A stretch of DNA of 64,000 nt from Sphyrna mokarran (Eukaryota): the NCBI GenBank assembly GCA_024679065.1, contig JAGIQG010000012.1, positions 66,030,001 through 66,094,000 of the forward strand. The letters run 5' to 3'. This document shows positions 23,001-35,000 of the stretch, one piece after another. A program made the translations under genes and the position numbers. The notes below the pieces were generated by a model. That model made no database searches. It worked only from the letters and a program-made list of their open reading frames with translations, and was not told where the DNA came from. Within the stretch, counting starts at the first letter, position 1; every line of letters starts with the position of its first letter.

Positions 23001-26000
23001 TCAAGGTAGGGAAATGTTTCCTTGATTGGAATTCATAGTGATAAGTTAGCAATTCAGACTTGCATCTTATCGTGTTTGAGCATTGTTCAATTGTTAAAGG
23101 TTAAGCTCATTCACTTGTTATAACTTAACTATATTGTTAATAAAGTTTGTTCTAATAAAAACTTTCTGCGTGTCAAGATCATGCCTGGAGTGAAACACCT
23201 TATCCTCACATGGTGCCAAAATTGAAAATTGTTGGGGACTCATTTGACTTCATAATATACATTGGAGCTTCTGAACAGTCTGGCTTAATTCCTTATTGGC
23301 TTTCTCGCAATTTGATACAACTGACTGGCTTAAGTTTATTTATCAGTGTCACAAGGAGGCTTACTTTAACACTGCAATGAAGTTACTGTGAAAATCCTCT
23401 AGTCACCATACTCCGCCTGTTCAGAGACACTGAAGGAGAATTTAGCATGACCTAACCAGCATACCTTCCAGACCATAGGAGGAATCGGAGCACCTGGGGG
23501 AAACCCATGCAGATATGGGGAGAATGTGTAAACTCTGCACAGACGATGATCCAACCCAAGAATTGAACCCAGGTCCCTGTGAGGCAGCAGTGTTAACCAG
23601 TTGGGCATTTAAGAGTCAACCTCATTCCTGTGAGGCTGGGATCATATGTAGGCTCGACCAGATGAGGACAGCAGATGTCCTTCTCTAGTAGACATTAGTG
23701 AACTAGGTGTCCTTTTTTTCTTGGTGACAATTGACAATGGTTTCATGGTCATCAATACACTTTTAATTGAGTTCAAGTTCTACCATCTGCTGTGGTCTGA
23801 TTCCAACTGGGCACTATCATGGATCTCTAGATTACTAGTCCAGTGACAATACTATTGCAGCACTGCCTCCCCCAATTTCCCTCTTGGAAGAGGCAGGATG
23901 AAGTTAATAATAAATAGCATCCAAAACAAGAGCCATCACTTGCATCAGTGTTGACTTGGAGATTTCCTTTTGCTGGGAGGAACCAGTGAGATGAGAAATT
24001 TGAGTAAAATTACTGTACAGCTCCTTGGGTGAATCTTTCCTTTACTCTTCCGAATTGACTTAAAAGTTCCACAAATAAGGATGCCTGAACTTTGAAGAAA
24101 TTTAAAATCAAATTTTGAAATGTATTACTCTTTATAATGGCATTCAAACCCCATTCCCCTACATGCCCCCCCTTTTCACTCTATGCCAGCATGTACAATC
24201 GAATGAAAAGCATCAAATTCTTAAGTTTCTAAATATAATAACTGTTATTTTTCAGGATGTCATTCATTTGGTGAATGAACAGGATAAGCTGACTGCTGCT
24301 GACCTCCCAAAAGTGAGTTAAGAAGTTTAGATTGAAAATGAAGCTTTTTTAAAAAAAAAGCATGTTCGGTTGTAAATTAAAGTCTGGTTTAATTAGAATG
24401 TTAGTCCAACAGAGTAATGAGGCCAATTTATTCATGCAGAGTGCAGTTATTCTTAGGTAGATCATCAACTAGCCTGAAGGTGCCTGGTGTTATGTTACTT
24501 TTCATTTGTCTGAGCATATTCAACTCAGTTTGTTTGTCTGTGCATTTTGTATGTGTTTTCATTCTCCCCTTCCTTGTCCTGACTGTAATGCCTGAAACTC
24601 TGATGCCTAAGATGCTTGTAGCTAGTTACCAAAACTACCAGAGATAATGCAGGTGTTACAGCGTCTCTGATTTATGTTCTAAAGTGGATGACACTACACG
24701 CTTCGTTTAGGATACAAATTGTGAACCAAACAAGTTGCCACTTTGGGTATCTTGATATTTTCCAGAGAAAATGCCTAATCGCTTTTTTGTGGGGATTTGA
24801 TGCCTTCGATGTATTGTCCCAAAGAAAACACTTCTTTATTAACTAGACAATGTGTACTGTTGCCTCAAATATATGGATATATAAGCAGTTTTATATTTCT
24901 TGCCCACTGAATTAAAATACAGATGTTGGGGTGGTGAATGTGTTTTGTTTTTGCAACACCGATATAGCATCTCTATCATGATAGAACGTCCCAAAGCACT
25001 TCCGTAACAAAGCAAAATACCATATAATAATGAGCCACATCAGGAGATATTAGGTCAGATGACCAAAAGCTTAGCCAAAAAGGTAGAAGTAGGGAAGCAG
25101 GTGGAGACCACTGAAATTGGAAATCTCAAGAGGACATAAATAACTGAGGATTGTAAGGTCAGGAATACCAGAGCAGGGAGGATTTCAAAACAAGGATGAG
25201 AATGTTCAAATCAAGACTGTGTGATTAAGAGCCAGTGCAGATCAGTTGGCATAGCACAGGAGCAGATGTTTTAAATTGCATGAATTTTATAGAAAATGTA
25301 ATATGGGAGACCAGCAAGGAGCGTTTTGGAATCAAACTTTGAGGTGATTAAGGCATGAAGAAATGTTTCTGCAACAGATGAGCTGACCCGGGCAAAGTTG
25401 AATGATGTTGCAGAGGTGTCAGTTGGTTGTTTTAATATTAGCATGAATCTGAGATCAGAAGCTCACCTCTGGGTCAACTGTGACACGAATGTTATGAACA
25501 GGCTTTTTAAATCTGTGTTGCCAGGAATAGGAATAGAATGGATAGCTATAGAACAGAGTTTGGAGATTGAAAGTGATGAGTCTTCCTGTTGTCTAGTTTA
25601 AAAAAAAAGTTGGGGTTTAATTAAGGATTCAAATTATTTATTGTAACATAAATTACTATTTTTTAATGTTAAAAGAAGTCCCTAACGTGCATGAGTTTGT
25701 TTTATAGGGATCTGAGGCAAAAATTGCTGCTCTAGAAACAAAATTGGCAGAACTAAAAATGGAGAACAAGCCTATTGGAGAGACGTTGAAGCAACTGATC
25801 CTATTGCTTTGTGGGACTGAGGTAAGAATGGTAATTTCTTATGACCGGATGAGGAGTTGAATGGCTCCCCTCTTGGTCTTATCATTTGAATGCAACAGGT
25901 TTTTTGCTTATACAAGTTATACTTGCCAATTCAGTGAGTACTCAATGAAGTATCAATAGAGTACGTTTTCTTGCGAAAAAGGGTTTGTTTTATAAATCGA

Positions 26001-29000
26001 TCAAAACAAAATAATAGAATATGTACTGACATTCTCACTCATGCCCACGCTGATGCTTTCAAAGTTCTCTGATACAAATGCTACAATAGTTTGACCAAAT
26101 TAGAGTCCACAAGAAAGGAAAAGAGAATGCAATCTGTGGTTTGGTGATTTGACTAGCATCCAGCTGAATTCAATGGTCTGTGCTTCTAATGTAAAGATGT
26201 AAATGGCTAAGTTGATAGTTATTCAGGAGAATGTCATGCTCTGTCCATCTCTTCTAAGAAATCTTTGCCTGCAGCATTGCTGGGCAATTACAATTAGCAA
26301 CCAAGCTTGAAGTTTATCAAGTGAATTCAAGAAAAAAAAGAAGGCACGAGGACTCCAACTACATTTGTCTTCATCAGCTGTGTTTCCTCAGTTCTCTGAG
26401 AAAATCTCTGCTTACAGCATTCAAAAGGTTGGCTTGCCTGTGACTGCCCTCTCCAAATGACCAGTACTTTAAACTTGGTTGTGTATTCCCAGGTAAGGTT
26501 TGGGAATTTCCCTTCTTAACCAGGTTTCCTTTAATTATATTTAATGGTTTGTCTCATAGATAAGGAGTAGGAGGAGTAGGCTGCTCTGCCATTCAATAAG
26601 ATCATGGCTGAAAAATCAAAAATTGGAACCTCAACTCCACATTCTTACCTACCTGCGCCTCCTACCCTGATAACCTTTCATGCCCTTATTAATGAAGAAT
26701 CCATTTAATGCTCTCAAAAATAGTCAAAGACACCGCTTCTATTGCTTTTTAAGGAAGAGTTTTCCAGGGACACTCAATCCTCAGAAATTTCTCGCCCATT
26801 CGGTGTTAAATGAGGAACGCCTCCTTTTTGAACAATCCCCAATTGTTTGGGTATCATGGCTTTGGCTAATGAAATAGGAAATATGGTTCATTTGTACTCC
26901 CCTGAGGATATTGTCTTTGGGTCTTTGCAGACATATGTACTTAATTTCAATGGGTTTGAAATGTGCAGTAATACAAAGTAAATAACCATCTTGACTGTTA
27001 GTTCAAGTCACTTTAGTCTGTTTTATAATGAAATCTTTTTAAATAATGATGCCATGTCAAGTGCACTCTTCCTGAAGGCAGATCCTGGCTCATTTCTGTT
27101 GATGCTCCATCTTGAGTTTTCTTGTAAGTTTTTGACAGTGGTGGTTTGCCAAGGACAGGTCAAGCTTTTTGTCGACTCAATTGGTCAAGGCATTGCCACG
27201 GGACAAACTAGGAATAGCGAGCATGCAGATCAGAGTAGCACCATAAGCCTATGTTTGATTCTTATTCGAGCTGGGATAGGCTTAGGCCCTGCTTCCTTGA
27301 CCTGTCCTTGGCAAGCCACCACTGTCAAAAACTTACAAGAAAACTCAAGATGGAGCATCAACAGAAATGAGCCAGGATCTGCTTTCAGGAAGAGCGCACA
27401 TGACATGGCATTATTATTTAAAACAATTTCATTATAAAACAGACTAAAGTGACTTGAACTAACAGTCAAGATGGTTATTTACTTTGTATTACTGTTCATT
27501 GGTGTATTCTCTGTGGCAATGCCTGTCCCAATCAGAGTCTACTTGCCAACCAATCAGCATTTTAATATGCATTATAAATTATTTTTCCTTTTACAACTGG
27601 CATTCTCAGAAATCTGTTGCTGAGTAGAAGACGAAAAGCTTTGACAGCATATCTCTTTTCAACAATACTGAAGTTCTGTTCCACCAAACCACTATTTCTG
27701 TATCATTCTATCCAAGTTCATTTCTTAGGATAGTAGGATGGTTAATGAAAGCAGTATTGTGGTAATCTGTGTTGGTCATTGAAGGATTGGTTGAGGCAAG
27801 GCAATTGGAAAAATTGGGTAAATATTTGAATCAGAGGAAGACAGTTTTGATGAGAAAGCAGGGCAGTGTGTAAAATAGAGGAAATGGATTTGGATTGCCA
27901 AATCTATTCAGAGATCTGATGAATCATTGCACTACTAACTACTGCAGTGCATTCCACTGAATTCTTTCTGGAACCAATCTTGGAAGTGCATCAACATGTT
28001 GGACTATGGAGTTTTGAATGATATCCCAGATCCTTGATAGAAAGCTACTGATTTAAAATGTACAACTCTAGGTCATTGCCAAGTGGAAACCAGGTGTTTT
28101 CTCATAGGAAAATAAATTTTAAAAAAATGCTAAGTTCGCAATGTATTGAACTATAATTTTCTATGAACTATGTTGATGGTTTGCAATAATCCTCATTTCC
28201 TCTCACTGGGCAGTAAGAGGCAAAGCATTGAATGGGCTGCTCTGACAATGTTGAATAAAAACCTGGAGATATTGGAGTAAAAGCTCTGCTGAGGGCCATA
28301 TACGAAGTGCATGTCACAAGCAGACTTTGGGCCGTATAATGATTGTACCGGTGAAGGAGGTAATGAAATGCCAGCTCACAGTTTTTCTCTTTGGAGTTCA
28401 TCACAAGCTTCTTCAAAATCCTTAAATCACATAGACTTCTCTATTCCCTTTTAATTCAATTTGTAAGATGGATCAAGTGGAACTTTGGAAATCCAGGCTG
28501 ACTGCCCTCATTCAATTTCTTATTCTCCAGAGGCTTAATAATTTCATTGTAGACTCCAGTAGTGTACAAACGTGTGAAATAAGATTAACCAGTGTATAAT
28601 TCTAAGCTTAATCCTGTTTACTTTGAGTTGCTTCTGCCATCTTCCAGTGTTTTGACATGATTTTTCTTTCCAAATAACTTTTGCCATATTTTGGTCTCCT
28701 TTTAGATACTTTACATTCTGATTTTTTGACATCAATGTTTGATCTTTATTTCATATATTTGGAAGCATTTATATACAGAGGGCATCACACTTAGTTTTAT
28801 TGATGCATTGATGACCAACACCAATTTAACAATATAAATCTGATCTGCACCTGTAGCATCCAAGTTCTGAAATGATGTTAAGCTGCTTTTGAAATGTTTT
28901 CAAAGAGTCTAGGATGTATTGGTGGCACAGTGGTTAGTACTGCTGCCTCTCAGTGTCAGAGACCTGGGTTCAGTTCCTGGTTTGCGGCACAGTCTGGCCA

Positions 29001-32000
29001 AGTCTGCACCTTCTCCCCGTGTCTGTGTGGGTTTCTTCCGGGTGCTCCGGTTTCCTCCCACTGTCTGAAAGATGCAGTGGTTAGATGCATTGGCCATATT
29101 AAATTCTCCTTCAATATACCCAAACAGACGTCAGAGTGTAGTGACTAAAGGATTTTCATAGTTACTTCATTGCAGTGTTAATATAAGCCTGGTTGTGACT
29201 AATAAATAAACTTTAAAAGATTCATTTTCCTTTTGATTTTTGAATCGGTTTTAGAAAGTCATACTTTTCTATTCCAAAAAGATAAAGCCGTTTCTTCTCA
29301 AATCCCTATTCATAGAGAAGCCCAGAAAACATCTTGCCCTATTTGCAAAAAAAAATGACTAAAAATGTTATAATTCCAATCGGAAACCAGTTGATCATTC
29401 TTTTTGCTTAGGCCCTTGTTCAAGCCAGGGGAGAATGCAATCTTACATCTTAAACATTCATTGTGTGCAAATACAAGATACGTTGCAGCAACTCACCAAA
29501 CCTCTTGTGATGGTATTTTCCAAACCTGCAATCACTACTTAACACAAGGATAGTAGGTGGAAATACCACCATCTGCAAGTTCCCCAAGTCACATTCCATC
29601 CTGACTTGGAAACGTATCACTGTTCCTTTTCTGTTACTGGGTCAAATACCTGGAATTCTATTCCTAATAGCACTGTTGGTGTCCATCTGTTCTGCTTGTC
29701 ACCAGAGCTCTCCACTCACCTACAAAGGGGCAAACCCTGAAAACTAGTGGGTTTACTATCAAATAAACTTGTTGAACTTTAACCTGGTGTTGTGAGACTT
29801 CTTACAGTGTACACCTACACCAGATGGACTTGCAGTGGATCAAGAAGCCAGCTCGCTAGCACCTTCTTGACAGCAATTAGGAATGGGCAATAAATACTGG
29901 CCTAGCCAGTGACGCCTGCATTTCACAAATGAGTATTATTGAAAAAAGGTTTGCACAAAGCCATTTCATCAAAAAGTAAAGCGCTAAATACTCTTTATTG
30001 GTTAAAGTCACAATGTTGGTTACACAGATACTCCATACCATGAGAGCAATAGAATTATCTGGACTGTTCTTCTCAGAGCAGATAAGGTTAAGAAATGATC
30101 CATTGACTTTTCCAAACTAATGAGAGTTTCTGATGGAGAAAAATTATTCCCTGTGGTAATTGGATCAGTAACGAAAAACAGTAGACTCAACATTATTGGG
30201 AAAAGATTTGTAAGAGTGATGCAACTTTTTTCCAACTTGAGTTGCAGTGAACTGGAGCACAACTGGAAAACTGGTGGAAGCTAATTCCTTAAATAATTTT
30301 AAAAAGGAATTGGACTGGTGCATGATGATGAGGAACTCAAAAGGTTTTGGATAAAAAGCAGGAATATCTGAGAAAGCATGGCTGCTTTTTCTAGGAGCCA
30401 GCACAAGCACACCGTGTCAAATAGTTGCCTCCTGGGTAGCAAATCATTACGAGATAAACATATTTTAAAAATTGAAGGTTATACAGGCAATGTAGTATAT
30501 CACTGAATAAACTTTGAACATTAACTACAGCAGTGATCAGGGAGTTTGATGTTGCAAATTGGTGGGATTGTGTTGAGTAATTGTTTGCACGGCTGAAAAT
30601 TTAATTTTGAATTCTCTTTGCTTTGAATAGCTGGTTTCTTGAATAGCTGATGCTTGTGTGTGTGATTAACAACAGTCAGAACTTCTGTGGTTCTCCACCC
30701 CTGGACCCCTTTTCTGATCTTAATTTCTTCTAATGTTAACTGATCTTTGTCTGCAGTTGGCTGATACACCCTCATTGACCAGCTCACATTTCTTCCTTTT
30801 AACTCATTGTTCTTCCAGACTGTACCTGGTAAAGGCACTTTTCAAGATCAATCTTATAGAAGAAAGCGAGCCTGAATGAGCAAATAGAAACTGATAGTTT
30901 CATAAAGCCAAAAAGAGACAGCTTTGTTCCCCATAGCCAAATATCCATTACTACTTCTCCTGACGAACGATTAATAAACTAACAGAAGAATGTGCAATCT
31001 TGCACATTTGTTTTCATTTTAAAGACAGGGCTCTCTTCAATCATTCACTTAATTAGAGTGAATGACATTGTTGCCAGAAGACCTCATTGACCATCTACAA
31101 ATTTTCCCTCACAGCCTATAAATGTGGGATCTTGTGGTTGCTGTTGAGTTGCTGGAACAGGGATTTCCTCCGGAAAATCAGTTTGTGTCTATTTGATTTT
31201 AAGAACCATATACTTAGTAATTTTGCATTTCTTGAATATTTTTTCCTGCCCAATGGAAAGAAACAGGTGTTCAGTTTCCTCCTGGATGCTTTCCTCCATG
31301 TCTTGGGCCAGGCATTTCCAGTTATTGGTAGGGATGTTGTATTTCTGGAAGGTGGCTTTGAGGGTGTCCTTGAAGCATTTCTTTGCCCTCTGGGGCTCGT
31401 GTACAGTGCCAAAGTTCCAAATGGAGCGTTTGGTTTGGAAGTCTTGTGTCAGGCGAGCGATGTGGTTCACCCAGCGGAGCTGATCAAGTGTAGTCGATGC
31501 TTCGGTGTTGGCCTGAGAAAGAACATTTGCAGGATTTAGTGCAGACAATGCTGATGACACTTTGCCTGGTGTATGTTTTCTGAACCATATAGGATGACAG
31601 GTGTCTATATTGTTCTGTAGACCATGAGTTTGGTGCTGGATCTTCAGACACTCTTCTTCAGGCAGTCGATCACTGTGCTGGAACACTGAAGGCAGTGTTG
31701 AACCTCATCATCGATGTTTCTTCGTGGTGGCTGTAGGCTCCCAAGGTATGGAAAATGGACCATATTGTCCAAAATCACATTGAGATTTTGATATCATAGG
31801 GACAGTGTTGTGTGACAGGGTAGGTTGGTAGAGGACCTTTGTCTTAGATGGATGTTTAGTGTAAGGCCCATGTTGTTGTACACCTCAGTGAAGGTGTTGA
31901 TAATGACCTGGAGCTCCGTCTTAGTGCTTGCAGAGATGCAAACATTGAATTACAGCAAGCAGATAATGACAGAGGATGAGACAGCCTGTGTTCGTGTGCC

Positions 32001-35000
32001 TGCAAGCGGTGGAGGTTGAACATATTCTTGTTTGTGCTGTGGGTTTAACTCCATTCAAGCGAGGGGCTTGCTGAGGCTGACATGGAGCATTGTCACAAGG
32101 AAGATCAAGAAAAGTGTTGTTGTGATGACACTGCCTTGCTGACTTCAGTCCAGAAAATGTGAATAAAGTCCATGATGAATAGTTGGTTAGGATCCATGTT
32201 GTCGTGGAGCAGGCAAAGGATGGGGACAAATCTTTGGGGCCAGCTGAAACAGGAGGCATTCCATAACCCCTCATGATTGACTATTGAAGGCTTTTGTGAG
32301 GTCAATGAAGGCAATGTACAAGGGTTGTTGGTGTTCCTTGCACATTTTAATTACCATGCAGTGAAGATCCATGTTCATTGCGCCTCATAGCAGGTACAAT
32401 TAATATTGCAGCTCTGGGAAGAGCTCTTAAGCTGCAACACGGTGGTGATTTATGGAAGCCTCTTGTAGTGACCTTCCCTGTGACCAACTGTAGGGAAATT
32501 CCACTGGGGTTATTGCAGTCAGATTTCTCTCCTTAAAGGTGGGTCACCATTACAGCATCTCTGAAATATCCTAGCATGTTCTCTTTCTTTCAACTAATGG
32601 AAATGAGGTTATCTATTCATATAATTGTGTCTCTCTACCTGTTTTAGTGCTTTTGCACTTCAGATGCCATGTTATCGTTCAGTTGTCAAAAGGCCCTTTG
32701 TACCTCATGCTGAGATGGTGATGACAGATGGATGTAGTGGAGACCACGTCTATTGAATTCTGAGTCTCTGTTAAGGAGGTCGTTGAAGTGCTCCTCCAAA
32801 AGTCTCTCCTTGGATTAATGCCTCTCCATTTTTAGCCAGAAGTGGAATGGGGCCTTGAGTGGTTAGGCTATAGATGGTCTTGACTATGCAGAGAAGCCTT
32901 ATGCATTAATGTTGACAGCTAACAATCATCTATGATTTTTGCATCCAACATCTTTTCTTTGGGTCATGGGTTTTTTTTTGCTGAACTTAACCATCAGCCA
33001 TCAGTAGAACTTGAGGCCTTGAGTTGGGTTGTTCTTTCAGGTTCACAATAGGCTGATCTTCTGGTCATTCTCTGAAAGTGGGATAAAACTTAGAGTGCCT
33101 GTGTGACCTTCGATCAAATGTAGTAGTCTGAAAGTTTGACATTGTTATTCATCACAGTTCTAGCCTAATGGCCAAACCTCATCTGCTTTGCAATGGAGAA
33201 ATAGACAAAGAAAACCAGCTGTATCCGTTATTTTGTGCCTGGAAACCCAGTGCGGATTGTAGGTGGGAGCATGCAGCTACAAACTGTTCAGTCTGACCGC
33301 ATATAAACTGGTGACTTTGGGAAGGTAACCTTGAGTGTTAAAGTTAAGAAACGTTTGTTTGGCAGTTTGTTGATGGAAATGTAGCATCTATTAATACTAA
33401 GTCCAAGCATGCAATTCACACAAAATCTTCAGCTTTAGGAAGTGCCAGGCACCCAAGCGTTTATCATTCCAACAGAGGAAAACCATTGCACAATTTTCTA
33501 AATAAAAGACAAATTAAAAATGTGCAAAGTTATTTATATTTTATTCTTCCAGGGAAAGCTAAAGATAGGTGAAATCCTTGATGAAAAATACTTTATGCTC
33601 TATAAATCAATTATTGGGGTACACGTTCCACATCTCATTTTGTCAAGTTCTTTACTGTCTTGGTCAATTGGAATTGTAATCCCCAGTACCTGTTGTATGG
33701 TGATTATAAAACATGGGGGAAGGAGGTTTGAAGGAATGTTGGCCTTTCTGTTATGAAACTTGGAAACCTAAATTGCCATGTACTTCAACCCAAAGCAGAA
33801 AGAAGTTTGAGAATCAAGTGTGTGTGTGACATGTTTCTAGGCGAGCATGCGTCCAGCAATAGACCATACGATGGCTTTATAAATTACTTAGCTATAGTCC
33901 CATTTGTGTTTTTTTAATGACATTATTGTGCTTCAAAAGATGAAAATACAGTTAAAACCATGTATTGAAGTATCCAGTAAAGACTTGTCACAAGCTATTT
34001 GGAAGGTCATGAAATAAAGGAGCTGTAGTGAAGCACATATTAATATGTTCACACACACACACACGTACCACCCCCCACCGCCAAAGCAGGTACACCTGTT
34101 GACATTTAATTGGAAGCAGTAATGCTTATGAAAATAACTAACTGCAGTGGAAATTGTTTCTTTTAGAGCCTAATTGCTTTCTGTCAATGCATCCATTGCG
34201 GGGAGGGTATCTTGAAATGAATTTGTTCTCCATAATTATAGATGCCATAAAACTACAGAGAGACTGAGAGTCTAAAGCATTTTAGCTCAAAAATAATCTG
34301 ATTTTTGTGGTCATTGACCTCAAAGAAAGCTACCTACAAAAAATGGCAATCTCTCATGGAGTATAGTTCTTGTTTCCTGATGTCAAATTGAGTCTGGTGT
34401 CAAGTAAAGGTGTCCAGCAACACTTGTATCATCAAGCAGTCAATTGCATGGAAATATTCTTGCAGGCAGCAAACCAGTTAATTAAAATGCTCTGAATATT
34501 TCACTTATTAACATTTTAGAGTAAAATAAACGATTGGGTCACTCACGTGAGATTAAAGTAGAAGCAAAAAAAATATAAAATTTTGATATTCCACAAATTT
34601 GTTTTCGGGGCTGGTGATTTGTTTAGTAATTATGAATTTGGTACTTTATTTGTTCCATACAAATTCTTTTATTATTGTTGCAAGTAGGCTTACATTAACA
34701 CCACAATGAAGTTATTGCAAAAATCCCTTAGTCGCTACTGGTGCCTGTTCGGGTACATTGAGGGAGAATTTAGCATGATCAGAGGACCTAACCAACATGT
34801 CTTTTGGATTGTGGGAGGAAATTGGTGCGCCCGGAGGAAACCCAAGCAGACATGGAGAGAACATGCAGGCTGCGCACAGATACTGAGCCAAGCTGGGAAT
34901 TTAATCTGGTTCCCTGGCGCTGTGAGGCAGCAGTGCTAACCACGGTGCAAGAAGCAATGACTACGTCCCGATAAGAGAGAATCTCGCTATCTTCACTTTA

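Larger units (their letters stand above)
19596..23873 (-). mobile_element. near full-length decayed CR1/L2-group LINE (APE endonuclease + RT) with tRNA-like 5' head, four nested insertions
   Basis: EN N-terminus [37 protein letters not shown] (ORF 22276-22551); [19 protein letters not shown]...[20 protein letters not shown] (ORF 20597-20848); A-rich 3' end near 19596; tRNA-like head at 23873-23790. Confidence 0.85.

Noticed and set aside
22920-23003. 17-bp direct repeat GTGTTCTGAAAGTTTCA around a pyrimidine tract
   Set aside because: Only two units; a local duplication within an LTR-like element, not an array.
23790-23873. tRNA-Thr gene
   Set aside because: Only the anticodon arm and degenerate A/B boxes remain, there is no acceptor stem, and it is continuous with a repeat body.
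26991-27469. Two ORFs on opposite strands with the same N-terminus ([15 protein letters not shown]...)
   Set aside because: A by-product of the 199-bp inverted repeat; non-ATG start and no sign of a gene.
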